DNA of 64,000 nt from Sedimentisphaerales bacterium. Lineage in GTDB: Bacteria > Planctomycetota > Phycisphaerae > Sedimentisphaerales > SM23-30. Positions 51,106-62,814 of this stretch are shown here, piece after piece; positions within the stretch are counted from its first letter, which is position 1, and the number at the start of each line of letters is the position of its first letter. The stretch lies in assembly GCA_963666285.1 (NCBI GenBank), contig OY762711.1; one strand, given 5' to 3'. A program made the position numbers and the translations under genes. A model generated the notes under the pieces. The model saw only the letters and a program-made list of their open reading frames with translations. It was not told the origin of the DNA and did not search any database.

Positions 51106-51143
51106 AGGTGACCTCTGAAAATTGCTTTTGATGCGATAGTTTA
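51106..51143 (+). repeat. 38-bp dispersed repeat, copy 1 (IS/MITE-end-like)
   Basis: 36/38 identical to 63760-63797. Confidence 0.75.
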
Positions 51144-51321
51144 AGGTTTTGGTTGCTGACAAGGAACATAAAATAGTGCATATTAGGATATATTCACTGT
51201 TTTATGTGACACATATCAGCAGGCAAAAAAAACTAGTACTTCAAAATGATTTTTCTGAGTTTGCCTTTAGATTTATCTTAATTTCGCTGTCCAACATTAC
51301 AGCTTCATAAATCGAAAGGAC

Positions 51322-52977
51322 ATGTATATGCTCGGTTCATTTACTATGAACAAAAATATTAGAACAGCATTATTTTTAATTCTTTTCTCAAATGTAGTGC
51401 TGATCGCCCAGCAGAGTAATAATAAGGTGCCTACTTTAGATGAGCTTATAACATCTAAAAAACCTGTCTTGAGCATCGATAACGGTAAAGTGCTAAATCT
51501 TACTGTTGAAGATTGTATCAAAAATGCTCTGAAATATAATTATGACATACAAATTGAAGCTTATAACCCGTCAATCCAGATGGACCAGATTGTCGCCGCT
51601 GAAGCTTATTTTGATGCTACCATCTTCGGTTCGGCTCAAATAGAGAATCTTGACGAAAATAACATCGATGCCACTTATTATAACAAATACGTGAATCATA
51701 ACGGAAACCTGGACCGGGAAAAAGTTAGAACTGACGCCTATGACCGTTATCATAACATTCAATATTCTCTTGGCTTGAGAAAATATCTCAGTACCGGTGC
51801 TGTCTTACAGATTACCGAATCTTTAAGTAAAAGCGATGACCTGCTCAAAAGTCAGGATACTTATTATTATACCCCTTTTATTGAGTATGGCCTTGCTATA
51901 CAGTTACAGCAGCCTTTACTCAGAGATTTCGGCGTCGATGTCAATCGAGCTTCCATCAGAGCTGCTCACAGCAGGATGAATATCACAAAGCAGGAATTCC
52001 AGCTGCAAGTCATTGAGACAATGATAAATGTTGAATATAATTACTGGAGACTTTTCTATCATCGTCAGCATGTTAAAATTCGCCAGCAATTGATTGATCG
52101 GGCTGAAAAATCACTTGAAAGAGTTAAGGCACGTGCTCTATACGATGGAAAGAGCATTTCTGAAGCCAGGGCAATTACCGTAATTGAAGAAGCTAGAGCT
52201 GATATGCTATACGCTAAAAACTCTGCCCTTCGTCAGCAGGAAGCACTGCTGGAAAGTATCAATAATCCTGCTTGGCCTATTACAACAAAATGTGAAATTA
52301 TAACTTTAGATAATCCGCAAAAAAGAAAATATGACATTAGCTTTGAGCAAGCAGTTGAAAATGCGCTTGAGCTCAGGCCGGAACTTATCGCTCAGCGAAA
52401 TGGTATCGATATTGCCAACCTGGCAGTCGGACTTGCAAAAAATCAGGTGCTGCCTCGTGCCGATCTGTATTTATCTCATGAGATCACTGGGGCAGACTAC
52501 CGCGACAATTCCGCACTCCAAAACCAGACCACAAATGATACTTACAACTGGACTGTTGGGATAAGTATGGAATACCCTATTGCCAACCGCGCGGCTAAAG
52601 CTTCTCTCAGCCAGGCCAAAAAACAAAAAGAACAGGAAGAATTGAGACTTAAATCTCTTCAGGAACAAGTATTATATGACGTTAGTTCTGCTCTGCACGA
52701 ACTTCATCACAAATATGATGAAATTACTGCCAGAGTTGATTCTGTTGAAGCTGCCAGAAATGAGCTCCTGAATTATCTTACTATTCAGGACACCGAAAGA
52801 AAAGACAGTACTAACCCGGAATTCCTGAACTTAAAACTCAATGCTGACGACAGGCTAAGTCGCAACCAGATTGCCGCGATACTTGCTATGATTGAATATG
52901 ACATGGCTATTATGAATATTCACAGAGCTCAAGGTGTTCTGGACAGGTATAATAATGTAGATATTGAAATGGAGTAA
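51322..52977 (+). CDS. TolC-family outer membrane protein
   Basis: Signal peptide; LQQPLLRDFG; ALELRPEL; LPRADL. Confidence 0.88.
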   Translation: MYMLGSFTMNKNIRTALFLILFSNVVLIAQQSNNKVPTLDELITSKKPVLSIDNGKVLNLTVEDCIKNALKYNYDIQIEAYNPSIQMDQIVAAEAYFDATIFGSAQIENLDENNIDATYYNKYVNHNGNLDREKVRTDAYDRYHNIQYSLGLRKYLSTGAVLQITESLSKSDDLLKSQDTYYYTPFIEYGLAIQLQQPLLRDFGVDVNRASIRAAHSRMNITKQEFQLQVIETMINVEYNYWRLFYHRQHVKIRQQLIDRAEKSLERVKARALYDGKSISEARAITVIEEARADMLYAKNSALRQQEALLESINNPAWPITTKCEIITLDNPQKRKYDISFEQAVENALELRPELIAQRNGIDIANLAVGLAKNQVLPRADLYLSHEITGADYRDNSALQNQTTNDTYNWTVGISMEYPIANRAAKASLSQAKKQKEQEELRLKSLQEQVLYDVSSALHELHHKYDEITARVDSVEAARNELLNYLTIQDTERKDSTNPEFLNLKLNADDRLSRNQIAAILAMIEYDMAIMNIHRAQGVLDRYNNVDIEME

Positions 52978-52985
52978 TTTTTTTG

Positions 52986-54047
52986 ATGGAAACAGTCTGG
53001 CATAGTGACAACTTCACTCACGATGAATATATTCTATCCGGTGATATTGGTGGTACGAACTCTACTTTTGCTATTGTTGGCAAAACTGGTTCAAAATTTG
53101 AAATCATTGTTTCAAACAGGTATCCCAGCCAGGAGATATCCGGACCGCTCGAGCCGATCAGGGAAACCTGGAATATTGCTAAAGATAAAATTGGAGACTT
53201 TAAAATTAAAGCCGGATGCTTATCTGCTGCCGGTCCCAAACAAGGGAATTATTGTCAGCCGACCAATATCGAATGGGACATTAGAGGAGACGAGCTGGAA
53301 AAAGAAACTGGTATAAATATTATTCTTATCAATGACTTTGAAGCTATCAGCTATAGCCTGCCTCTACTGGATGTTAATAATCCTGAACAGTTAATTGAAA
53401 TACCGCATATCGATCAGGACCAGGTTAATCGTTCCGGCAACACTGTTGCTGTTGTTGGGGCAGGAACCGGTTTGGGTGTTGGTTTTGGTCTGATTAGCTC
53501 GCACGGGTATATTGCCGGTGCCTCTGAAGGCGGACACTGTGGATTCCAGGATTTCGATATCGAGACTACCGAACTGAGAAATTTCCTTATCGCTAAATAT
53601 GACAGCCCGCCGGATGCTGAAAATTATGTCTCTGGCCAGGGAATAAATAACCTCTTCGATTATTTTATTGAAGGTAAAAAAGTTGCTATTACTGAAACAT
53701 TACAAAACATTCTGGATACTCCGCGAGATGATCGACCTGCACTTATTTCACAGGCGGCAGACACCGATCAGACTTGTAGCGAAATCATGGCACTTTTTGT
53801 CAAGCTTTATGGAAAATTTGCCGGTGAAATCGCCGCTGCCTTTATGCCGAATATGGGTATGTTCATTGGCGGCGGTATAGTCACCAAAAATGAAAAGTTG
53901 TTTACCAGGGATAATACCTTTATTTCTTATTTCGAAGAAAACTTCTGTGATAATATCAACAGGGTTCTAAAAACTATTCCTGTATATATTATCAGAAACT
54001 ATTCTGTTTCACTTATTGGCGCTGCTCATGCAGCTTACTGTATCTAA
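52986..54047 (+). CDS. glk: Glucokinase
   Basis: GDIGGTN, INDF, GAGTGLG, SEGGH, IGGGI. Confidence 0.92.
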   Translation: METVWHSDNFTHDEYILSGDIGGTNSTFAIVGKTGSKFEIIVSNRYPSQEISGPLEPIRETWNIAKDKIGDFKIKAGCLSAAGPKQGNYCQPTNIEWDIRGDELEKETGINIILINDFEAISYSLPLLDVNNPEQLIEIPHIDQDQVNRSGNTVAVVGAGTGLGVGFGLISSHGYIAGASEGGHCGFQDFDIETTELRNFLIAKYDSPPDAENYVSGQGINNLFDYFIEGKKVAITETLQNILDTPRDDRPALISQAADTDQTCSEIMALFVKLYGKFAGEIAAAFMPNMGMFIGGGIVTKNEKLFTRDNTFISYFEENFCDNINRVLKTIPVYIIRNYSVSLIGAAHAAYCI

Positions 54048-54136
54048 CTTTTTATAAATTTTAAGCCGGTTCACGTGTAAGCTGCTCTTGTGTCCTGCTT
54101 GCCAGAACCGGATATATCTCTTTTTAAGGTGTTTTA

Positions 54137-55180
54137 ATGGCAACCGACACTCTAAGATGGAACGGTGATTATAACGGTCAGGTAGAAATGATCGACCAGA
54201 CTTTGCTGCCTACCCAATATAAAACTATATCTATTGGCGATATAGAAGCCATGTGGGAAGCTATTAAGGTATTAAGAGTGCGTGGCGCTCCCGCTATTGG
54301 CATTGCTGCTGCATACGGCGTTATACTTGGTATCCAAAAATCTGTTGATAGCTGCTCGCTTGACGATGTTAAACAAAAAGTCGTCCAATCCTGCGATTAT
54401 CTCGCTACCAGCCGACCTACCGCTGTTAACCTCTTCTGGGCCCTGGATCGCATTAAAACAAAAGCTATTACCGGCAATGCTGCTACCTCTCAGCAATTAG
54501 CTGAAGAACTGCTGAAAGAGGCCAATGCTATAAGAGATGAAGATGCTCAAATGTGCCGGGCAATCGGGCAGAATGGTAAACACCTGATTCCGGATGGTGG
54601 TGGAGTACTAACCCACTGCAATGCGGGCGGACTGGCCACTGCTGACTATGGCACTGCACTTGCCGTTATGTTTGCGGCCCATGAAGATGGGAAAAAATTC
54701 CGGGTTTTCGCTGATGAAACCAGGCCGCTCTTACAAGGTTCACGATTAACGGCATGGGAACTTCAAAAAGCCGGTATTGATGTTACGGTTAACTGCGACA
54801 ACATGGCCGGCTGGATGATGAGTCAAAAAATGATTGACCTGGTAATTGTCGGAGCTGACAGAATCGCTGCTAATGGAGATGCAGCTAACAAAATCGGTAC
54901 TTATTCCGTTGCTGTTCTTGCTAATTACCACAATATACCGTTCTATGTTGCCGCACCCTACAGCACTTTTGATATGACTCTTCCTGAAGGTTCGGGCATA
55001 CCAATTGAACAGCGAGACAAAAGTGAGATTATTGAATTCAGCCCCGGCAGGCGTACCGCTCCACACGACGTTAAAGTGTACAACCCGGCATTTGACGTTA
55101 CGCCCGCCAAACTCATAACCGGTATTATTACTGAAAAAGGATTATTTAAACCCGAACAAATTGCTCAAAATAATATCTAG
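54137..55180 (+). CDS. mtnA: S-methyl-5-thioribose-1-phosphate isomerase
   Basis: VRGAPAIG, SRPTAVNL, THCNAG, ETRP, NKIGTY, NPAFDVTP. Confidence 0.96.
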   Translation: MATDTLRWNGDYNGQVEMIDQTLLPTQYKTISIGDIEAMWEAIKVLRVRGAPAIGIAAAYGVILGIQKSVDSCSLDDVKQKVVQSCDYLATSRPTAVNLFWALDRIKTKAITGNAATSQQLAEELLKEANAIRDEDAQMCRAIGQNGKHLIPDGGGVLTHCNAGGLATADYGTALAVMFAAHEDGKKFRVFADETRPLLQGSRLTAWELQKAGIDVTVNCDNMAGWMMSQKMIDLVIVGADRIAANGDAANKIGTYSVAVLANYHNIPFYVAAPYSTFDMTLPEGSGIPIEQRDKSEIIEFSPGRRTAPHDVKVYNPAFDVTPAKLITGIITEKGLFKPEQIAQNNI

Positions 55181-55250
55181 CCACGTAAGCACTTGTTAAA
55201 TATGACCTTACAAAAGAATACGCTATAAAATCGCTTTTTTCTATTTTTTT

Positions 55251-55279
55251 TGTAACTTTATGCCCACTTAGACGTCTAA
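55251..55279 (+). promoter_or_regulatory. ECF sigma-type promoter
   Basis: TGTAAC-N16-CGTCTAA. Confidence 0.55.
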
Positions 55280-55334
55280 CAATATAGAAATACAATTTCA
55301 TTCAATGAGAATAACTGCCAATAATTCTCAATTC

Positions 55335-55366
55335 GCCGGGATTATATATTTCCCGGCATTTTTTTT
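55335..55366 (+). terminator. Intrinsic terminator
   Basis: GCCGGGA-N9-TCCCGGC followed by ATTTTTTTT. Confidence 0.75.
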
Positions 55367-55380
55367 GGCTCCTGCCAAGA

Positions 55381-56667
55381 CTATTTCTTTTCTTCTGATG
55401 ATGGTTTTGGCGAACTCCGACGTCTCCGCTTCCTTTTTTGACCGGATGGTGGCTTGTTGCCGCCTTCACCTGATTGTGAAGCTGGTTTACCTTCAGGCTT
55501 CTTCTTATGATATCCCTTTCCGCGACTATTTCGTTTTGCAGGCCTCCTTATTTCTGGTTCATCCCCAATCCAATTAGGATTAATCTTATTTAGCCTGAGT
55601 AATCTCTTATACCCGCCAAAATCCCTCACTGTTACAAAAGTCATTGCCACACCTTTGCGACCCATTCGCCCTGTTCTCCCTGTACGATGCGTATAAGACT
55701 CAATATTTCGGGGAAACTCAAAATTTACAACATGGCTTACATGGGTAAAGTCCAATCCTCTGCCGGCAACATCTGTTGCCACCATATATTTTATCTCTTT
55801 TCGCTTAAATCGATTAAATATACTGGTACGACGCGACTGCTCCATTCCTCCATGAATAAACTCGACGCTATTCAACTCTTTGTTCAAATGTTTGAACAGC
55901 TTCTCTCCGCCATGTCTGGAATTGGAAAATATTATCGCCTGAACAATATCCTGTTCGTTTAGGTAACCGATCAGCTCATGGAAATGCTCATGAGTATTCT
56001 TTAAAAACTTGAAGGTATGAACCAATGAGGATGGAGCTGCCTTTTCCTTGTTCAAATCAACCGTTACCGGATCTTTAAGGTACCGCTCTGTCAGGTGAAG
56101 AACTTCCTTGGGCATGGTTGCTGAAAAGAACAGCGTCTGATGATCCTGGATAATACAAGACATGATAAAGTCTACATCCTCGATAAAGCCCATCTTCAGC
56201 ATCTCATCAGCTTCATCAAGCACAACTGTATTTACATCCTTAAGGGATAAATCAGAATTATATAATAAATCTATCAGCCGGCCCGGTGTCGCCACCAGGA
56301 TATGCACCCCATGGGCTAGCTTTGACTTCTGAATGCTCATATCCGAGCCGCCAAAAATGGCAAATGGATTTACTGGTAAATCTGTTGATACTTTATCTAT
56401 TTCATCTACATATTGCAGCGCCAGTTCACGGGTTGGTACAAGTATTAACGCCTGAATTGTATTCTGATCTACATCTACTTTTTGAACTACTGGTACTGCA
56501 CATGCACTTGTCTTACCTGAACCCGTTTCTGCCTTTGCCAACAAATCACGACCTGCCATAACTGGCTCAAATGTCGCTTCCTGCACCGGCGTCAATGTCT
56601 CATAGTTCATCTTTACCAGCGCTGTCATTATTTCGGGTTTTAGCTCAAGCTCTTCAAATCTCGTCAT
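55381..56667 (-). CDS. DEAD-box RNA helicase
   Basis: AETGSGKT, PTRELA, TPGR, DEAD, SAT, HRTGRTGR. Confidence 0.96.
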   Translation of the reverse strand: MTRFEELELKPEIMTALVKMNYETLTPVQEATFEPVMAGRDLLAKAETGSGKTSACAVPVVQKVDVDQNTIQALILVPTRELALQYVDEIDKVSTDLPVNPFAIFGGSDMSIQKSKLAHGVHILVATPGRLIDLLYNSDLSLKDVNTVVLDEADEMLKMGFIEDVDFIMSCIIQDHQTLFFSATMPKEVLHLTERYLKDPVTVDLNKEKAAPSSLVHTFKFLKNTHEHFHELIGYLNEQDIVQAIIFSNSRHGGEKLFKHLNKELNSVEFIHGGMEQSRRTSIFNRFKRKEIKYMVATDVAGRGLDFTHVSHVVNFEFPRNIESYTHRTGRTGRMGRKGVAMTFVTVRDFGGYKRLLRLNKINPNWIGDEPEIRRPAKRNSRGKGYHKKKPEGKPASQSGEGGNKPPSGQKRKRRRRSSPKPSSEEKK

Positions 56668-56751
56668 ATATATCCTGATTTACTTCAGTTTCTTTCTAGC
56701 TGATTATATCCAGCTGAAAGCGCTTTCCTGTTTAATTTCCTTCTTACTCTA

Positions 56752-57750
56752 CTAAAACTGTTCCAGGAATCGCATATCATTTTCAAAAAACAGACGGATA
56801 TCCGGAATTCCATATTTACGCATTGTCAATCGCTCAATTCCAAATCCAAATGCCCAGCCTGTATATTTCTCCGGATCAATCCCAACCTGCTCAAATACAT
56901 TTGGATCAACCATACCGCAGCCGCCAACTTCCATCCAGAACTCATTGCCTTCCTTATCATGCAGCAGCATATCAACTTCACCGGAAGGCTCTGTAAATGG
57001 GAAGAATGATGGACGAAAACGCCATGTCGTACCTTCACCAAAAAATGCCTGGATAAACTGGTCGATCGTTGTTTTAAGGTCCACCATACTAACGCCTTCA
57101 TCTACTACCAGCGCTTCGATCTGGTGAAACATATACATGTGGGTCGCATCTACACTATCCGGACGATAAACCCTGCCTGGCGCAACTATGCGTATTGGGG
57201 GCTTCTGTGTTTCCATCACGCGAATCTGCACAGTCGAGGTCTGGCTGCGCAATAATGTTTCATTATCGATATAAAAATTATCCAGCGGATCGCGGGCCGG
57301 GTGAATCTCTGGGATGTTCAACGCTACAAAGTTATGAAAATCATCTTCAACCTCTGGACCGTATGCCACATCAAAACCCATTCTGCCGAATATCTCCAGT
57401 AGCTCATCGGTGGTCTGAGTCAACAGATGCCTGCTGCCCTGCTCTGGGGCCTGACCTGGCAGCGTTACATCAAATAATGGGCCGCTTACCTTCTTACTGG
57501 CTCCCTGCAGATTCTTCTGCTTATCGTCAAACGCGGCCTTGACTTCGTTCTTGATCTTATTAGCTAATTGACCTGCTTCAGGACGTAACTCTGCCGGAAG
57601 CTTGCCCAGCTGACCTAGCAAGCCGGTTAATTCTCCTTTACGGGATAAATAATTGATTCGAAATTCTTCCAGCTCTGCGGCACTGCTGACTTTTTCCAAA
57701 TCTGCCAATGCTCGCTGTCCTACTTCTTTGAAACTGTCAAGATTTTCCAC
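56752..57750 (-). CDS. pheS: Phenylalanine--tRNA ligase alpha subunit
   Basis: HPARD, LLRSQTS, FHQIE, FPFTEPS, AFGFGIER. Confidence 0.97.
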   Translation of the reverse strand: MENLDSFKEVGQRALADLEKVSSAAELEEFRINYLSRKGELTGLLGQLGKLPAELRPEAGQLANKIKNEVKAAFDDKQKNLQGASKKVSGPLFDVTLPGQAPEQGSRHLLTQTTDELLEIFGRMGFDVAYGPEVEDDFHNFVALNIPEIHPARDPLDNFYIDNETLLRSQTSTVQIRVMETQKPPIRIVAPGRVYRPDSVDATHMYMFHQIEALVVDEGVSMVDLKTTIDQFIQAFFGEGTTWRFRPSFFPFTEPSGEVDMLLHDKEGNEFWMEVGGCGMVDPNVFEQVGIDPEKYTGWAFGFGIERLTMRKYGIPDIRLFFENDMRFLEQF

Positions 57751-57991
57751 AACTGTTCCTTATTTTCTCTGGTTTTAACTATGCTTTAATATCGACTTCT
57801 TTTCAACATTCTTAAATTCTGAACTTCTCATACTATCACAGCTTGATCCATTCAGACTATATAGAATAAAGGATAATGTACAAAAAGGCATGTAAATTTT
57901 ATATAAATTTGGGTTTAAAGCTTATATATCCGCACCCAAAGGCTGTGTTATATAACATGAATAAATAACTCTTCTCGACGGGTTTGGATAT

Positions 57992-58031
57992 AAAAAAACC
58001 CGAAACCACTACTATGGCTCCGGGTTGTTTT
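57992..58031 (-). terminator. Terminator after rplT
   Basis: AACCCG...CGGGTT stem flanked by A and T runs. Confidence 0.6.
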
Positions 58032-58056
58032 ATCTTAATTGTACTGGAAGGCAACC

Positions 58057-58410
58057 TTAAAGAGCCTTGCGTGCAATTTCTACTACTGCATCAAAACCTT
58101 CCGGATCACTAATCGCCATTTCACTCAGTACTTTCCTGTTCAAAGAGACCTGAGCAAGTTTCATTCCGTGAATAAATTCACTGTATCTGATTTCGCGGGC
58201 TTTGCACGCGGCTGAGATACGAGTTATCCATAACTGACGGAAATCACGTTTCTTGCGGCGACGGCCTTCAAACGCATTGCATAGAGCCCTTACTCGGGTT
58301 TCTTTTGCTAGACGAAGATTCTTGCCTAACGGACCTCTATATCCTTTTACTTCCTTAAATAAACGCTTTTTGGCCTGAGTTCTAGCCGATCCTCTTGATA
58401 CACGTGGCAT
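58057..58410 (-). CDS. rplT: 50S ribosomal protein L20
   Basis: MPRV, RRRKKRDFRQLWITRI, LNRKVLSEMA. Confidence 0.97.
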   Translation of the reverse strand: MPRVSRGSARTQAKKRLFKEVKGYRGPLGKNLRLAKETRVRALCNAFEGRRRKKRDFRQLWITRISAACKAREIRYSEFIHGMKLAQVSLNRKVLSEMAISDPEGFDAVVEIARKAL

Positions 58411-58547
58411 TTCAGCTTTTCCTTTCTATCTGTCCTGTTAGGAGTTGTTAGCTCCAAGGAATGTTATTATACCGCTGTCGGCAAGCTGAATCGCCGGGAA
58501 GCGGAGTATAAATTACGTTCTTTTACTAAGCTTTTTACAACAAATCC

Positions 58548-58742
58548 TTATGCGCCCAATGCTCTCTTGGCCTTGTTGCCCATTGTCTTTGTCATTGTTG
58601 TTCCCTGACGCAAACCGCGAACATGATTGCCGGATTTATGGCTCATCAAATGACCGGAAAATGATTTCTTATATTTTACTTTTCCATTTGCTGTCACTTT
58701 TACGCGTTTCGACAGACCTTTATGTGTCTTCTGTTTTGGCAT
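58548..58742 (-). CDS. rpmI: 50S ribosomal protein L35
   Basis: MPKQKTHKGLSKRVKVTANGK. Confidence 0.97.
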   Translation of the reverse strand: MPKQKTHKGLSKRVKVTANGKVKYKKSFSGHLMSHKSGNHVRGLRQGTTMTKTMGNKAKRALGA

Positions 58743-58960
58743 TTCATTACCTTCTTTTGCTATAAGTGCTTGTTATATATACAAATACCGCATCATCGCA
58801 GAATTCGGTTGTTCGCTTTTCGCACTCTAACTAAACATTTTCCATGCTCTGAATAGTCAGAGAGTCCTTTAATATACAGAATTTACATAAAACTTCAAGG
58901 TTTTTCTTGGGGACTTTCGCAGTTTTTAAGCTGCAAATTATGAAGTGCCTGGACTAGACC

Positions 58961-61327
58961 CTAAAACTGTGGTTCACCAATAAATTCACCGGCTACGGCC
59001 TTATCCATATTCTCTACCAGCTCATCTACACTTAGCGGCTTACTCGCAAAAGCATCCATCCCGGCCTGCTCGCACTCTTTGCGGTCTGCCTCCAGGGTAC
59101 TAGCCGTCAACGCTATGATTGGGATATGACGTAAACCATTTTCAAACTCTAGCTTACGTATCCTGCTGGTTGTCTCCAAACCGCTTAGCTCGGGCATATG
59201 AACATCCATAAGAATCAAATCATAATAATCATGGCCCTCTGCGTCTAGCTTCTCTAATACTCCATGACCGTTACTCACTACATCGACTGTATGTTTCAGA
59301 TGTGTTAAGATACCGACTGCAACTTCTTGATTAAATAAATCATCCTCTGCAAGTAGTATTTTATACGAATCGAATGACTTCCGCTCCCGAACAAATTCTT
59401 CTGAATAATCATCCTTTATATCTAGCTGATCTGTCATCTCAAAACCGCATTCAAGAGTAAATACGCTCCCGTGTCCGTAATCACTTTTAGCTTTTATGGT
59501 CCCGCCCATCAATTCTGCCAGTTGCTTACTTATTGTCAACCCCAGACCGGTACCGCCAAACCTTCTTGTTGTTGAACCATCTCCCTGGGTAAACTTATCA
59601 AAGATATTTTTCAGCTTTTCTTCCGATATACCAACACCGGTATCTTCTACCTCAAACCGTACTCCTATGTCATTATCCTCGGTATGGAACTGATCAACGT
59701 TAAGTTTTACATACCCCTGCTCTGTAAACTTTATCGCATTACCTATCAGGTTTATTAATATCTGCCTTATCCTGTTATTGTCTCCGACCAGCCAGTGCTT
59801 GACACTGTTGTCATAATCCAGCTTGAATAAGATACCTTTCATCTTTGCCATTGGTTCAAACGTATACCTCATCTCACCCAGCAATGCTGACAGACGGAAC
59901 GGATGAATGTCTATCGATAATTTCCCGGCTTCGATCTTAGAAAAATCAAGTATATCGTTTATTATTGATAGTAAACCGCTGGCTGACTGACGGATTATTG
60001 ATGTATATTTCTTCTGCTGTTCGTCCAGGTCTGTTTGGCTTAATAATTCCGCCATGCCTACTACACCATTCATTGGCGTTCGTATCTCATGGCTCATGTT
60101 CGCTAAAAACTCGCTCTTGGCCAGATTGGCCCGCGTAGCTTCCTCACGGGCATCTACCATCTCGATTTCAGCCTTCTTTCGACATGCTATCATATCATTG
60201 AAATATTCTGACAAAATACCTATTTCATCATTTGATACAATATCAAGCTTTTGATCAAGATCACCTTCTCCTGCCTTCTTTGCCGCCTCCATTATTCTTT
60301 TCAGCTGTACCGCAAATCGCCTGGAAATAAACAACGAAACCGAAAATATCAATACCAGTATAACAAATGCCAGGGCAAGACTATTCCAGATACTGTCTGT
60401 TACCTCATCGTAAATCATTTCCTTGGCAACCACACCTGACAAATACCATGGTATATCTAATCCGCTAACTGACAATGTACTGCAATATTCGATATATTCT
60501 TCAGTCTCTAGATTATGGTTGTTTGTCTGTTCATCATGAATAGTATATTCAACTAATATGTTTTTCTCCCTTGCTGTATCCCCAACGCTTTCTATCCAGG
60601 GTTTGCCATCTATCGATAGTATTAGTTCGCCGCTGTTATAGAAAAAATCCTCTGTCATTTCCTGTAACTTTGCCTCTAATGTTGACAATTTTATCGAACA
60701 TCCAGCAACGCCTTTTACTTCTTCCCAGAGAATAATTGGGGTAAGCATCGACACCATATATTCTTCTGTATCTTCTGTCGTAAGAATATAAGGTGCTGTT
60801 ATTACCTGGCTTCCCGATAAAACTGAGGCTATAACATTATCCTGCTTCCCACCGTATAGCTTTTCGCCATCTGTACTTACTATTTCATTGTAACTGTTTC
60901 GGAAAATATACGGCAAAAACCTGCCTGTAGAACTGCTCCCTCTGCTATTAATAAACGCTGAATCACTGCCGTTAAATGTATCTTCAAGCCAAAAAGTAAA
61001 TACCGAATCTACTTCTTCGTTCTCACGCAACAAGTCTTTTAGCATTTCGATAACCTGGTCTCGGCTTGCCTGATTATTGGTATAGCTTTTTTTTAACTCT
61101 TCACAAGATAAGGCTATCAATCGGGATGTATTATGTGCCAATGATAGATCGGCACCAAAATGTTCGGCATAAGCAGATACTTCTACTTCAATTATTTCAC
61201 CGGCTTCTTCAAATTCATCTGCACGATATGCCAGGGTTGTCAGTACTATCAGCCCCCCCACAACCATGGCCATGGTTAATACTAAAAACAGGGATATTTT
61301 AAAACTTATAGATCTAAATCGAGCCAT
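58961..61327 (-). CDS. Hybrid sensor histidine kinase (Cache-HAMP-HisKA-HATPase-REC)
   Basis: Two TMs; [36 protein letters not shown]. Confidence 0.94.
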   Translation of the reverse strand: MARFRSISFKISLFLVLTMAMVVGGLIVLTTLAYRADEFEEAGEIIEVEVSAYAEHFGADLSLAHNTSRLIALSCEELKKSYTNNQASRDQVIEMLKDLLRENEEVDSVFTFWLEDTFNGSDSAFINSRGSSSTGRFLPYIFRNSYNEIVSTDGEKLYGGKQDNVIASVLSGSQVITAPYILTTEDTEEYMVSMLTPIILWEEVKGVAGCSIKLSTLEAKLQEMTEDFFYNSGELILSIDGKPWIESVGDTAREKNILVEYTIHDEQTNNHNLETEEYIEYCSTLSVSGLDIPWYLSGVVAKEMIYDEVTDSIWNSLALAFVILVLIFSVSLFISRRFAVQLKRIMEAAKKAGEGDLDQKLDIVSNDEIGILSEYFNDMIACRKKAEIEMVDAREEATRANLAKSEFLANMSHEIRTPMNGVVGMAELLSQTDLDEQQKKYTSIIRQSASGLLSIINDILDFSKIEAGKLSIDIHPFRLSALLGEMRYTFEPMAKMKGILFKLDYDNSVKHWLVGDNNRIRQILINLIGNAIKFTEQGYVKLNVDQFHTEDNDIGVRFEVEDTGVGISEEKLKNIFDKFTQGDGSTTRRFGGTGLGLTISKQLAELMGGTIKAKSDYGHGSVFTLECGFEMTDQLDIKDDYSEEFVRERKSFDSYKILLAEDDLFNQEVAVGILTHLKHTVDVVSNGHGVLEKLDAEGHDYYDLILMDVHMPELSGLETTSRIRKLEFENGLRHIPIIALTASTLEADRKECEQAGMDAFASKPLSVDELVENMDKAVAGEFIGEPQF

Positions 61328-61705
61328 TAATGCCTTTACCTGTAATAATCGTTTTCCACCTGTTGGCATTACCAAACCTGGACAATACCATGCTTACTGT
61401 AACATTATTGGCTTTTTTTGACCTTCATCTTAGTATTACAATACCTTTTCCGCGACTTATAATCATGGAATATGGATACTATTATTGTATTTTACATAAC
61501 AATCCACTAAGCAATAAGATATGGACATCAATTTCAAATAATAAATATCAGGTATGCTAATATTTTAATATCTGTTCTATTTTACAGTAATAATTATAGG
61601 ACCTGTTTTACCTTCTCAGAACTATCAATTAAAACACCTGATATTCGCAAAACCTGATTATTCTTTTATGACAACTCTGGATGACTGTTACATGAATTGT
61701 TTCTA

Positions 61706-61981
61706 TCATTCATCACAATCTCTCTTTTCTAACGAAATTATTATTGTTGTTTCTGACAATTCCGCTGTTTTCCCATCCTCTGGCCCGCAACTGCTGCAGC
61801 TGCTGCAATCACTCGAACATCGTGACATCGCTGCCCTTACCTTGTTCTCCAATTCAAGCTGCAATATTACCGGTGTTATTTCTTCAACTGTTCTGTCAAA
61901 CTGATCTGCCAGGTTTTTCAAAGACATCATCCTGCGCGGTGTAAGATAGCTCAGCAATTCTTCTTCGATTGTTTTTTCCAA
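61706..61981 (-). CDS. FeoC-like winged-helix protein with Cys cluster
   Basis: MSLKNLADQF...LELENKV; CSSDCSSCSSC. Confidence 0.6.
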   Translation of the reverse strand: MEKTIEEELLSYLTPRRMMSLKNLADQFDRTVEEITPVILQLELENKVRAAMSRCSSDCSSCSSCGPEDGKTAELSETTIIISLEKRDCDE

Positions 61982-61984
61982 AAC

Positions 61985-62338
61985 TCATGCTCCCTGCTTG
62001 CGATTCTCGACAAATCTTATATCAAGCTGCTCGTCATCTCTAGGTTCCATTTCATAGGTACCGCTGTCTATTATTTCAAGTTTGCGAGATGCTCCCAACT
62101 CAGTTATTGTTTTCAATATTTCTCCCCGCTTGTCAAACTCACATTCCTGGTTGAAATACAGATACACCTCTTCACCTTTCTCACCCATTCGTAATAAGAA
62201 AGCATTATGAGATATGAATATCAAATCCTCATAGGCATATGTTACTTCAAGCCCCATCTCTTCTATCATCGCTGAGATCAATCCCAGCGGTCTATATGGC
62301 ACAGTCATCAAATTCACCTTTCCTGTCAGTTTTGTCAC
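61985..62338 (-). CDS. Hypothetical protein
   Basis: Operon-like spacing with neighbouring ORFs. Confidence 0.6.
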   Translation of the reverse strand: MTKLTGKVNLMTVPYRPLGLISAMIEEMGLEVTYAYEDLIFISHNAFLLRMGEKGEEVYLYFNQECEFDKRGEILKTITELGASRKLEIIDSGTYEMEPRDDEQLDIRFVENRKQGA

Positions 62339-62391
62339 TGCACTGCCGCATCATCCAAAAACAATCTGTTTTAGTTAACTTTCGCACTTAA

Positions 62392-62814
62392 TCAGCACGC
62401 CTCTGCTCGCACCATCTCATATGTACTGCCCAGGCATATCCGCCTCGCAAAGTCACCGAACTCTATCAAGACTTCGGAAAATTCGCTATTTACGTCTTTA
62501 TCTGCCTGAGATATCACAAAATCACTAAACGAACATATCCTCTGATACAATTCCAGCTTGAGTATCCTGCTCTTCAAATCCGGGTCTATACTTATATGCT
62601 TCTCTATACAGTACACCAGGTCGGAAAAGGTATGATTATCTGCCAGATCCTTGAAGTAATCCAGGATACCCATACTATAACTTTCCAACGACATTGATAA
62701 CAGGTTATACACTACCACCGGTGAGAGTTTTGAGTCTTTACCGGATTTGCCCCTGCCTGCTCGTTCGTACTTCGCTCCTTCTTCCAGCCATTGACTCCAG
62801 GTTAACTCGCTCAT
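62392..62814 (-). CDS. Hypothetical protein (HEPN-like helical pattern possible)
   Basis: GAGG ribosome site + ATG at 62814. Confidence 0.5.
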   Translation of the reverse strand: MSELTWSQWLEEGAKYERAGRGKSGKDSKLSPVVVYNLLSMSLESYSMGILDYFKDLADNHTFSDLVYCIEKHISIDPDLKSRILKLELYQRICSFSDFVISQADKDVNSEFSEVLIEFGDFARRICLGSTYEMVRAEAC

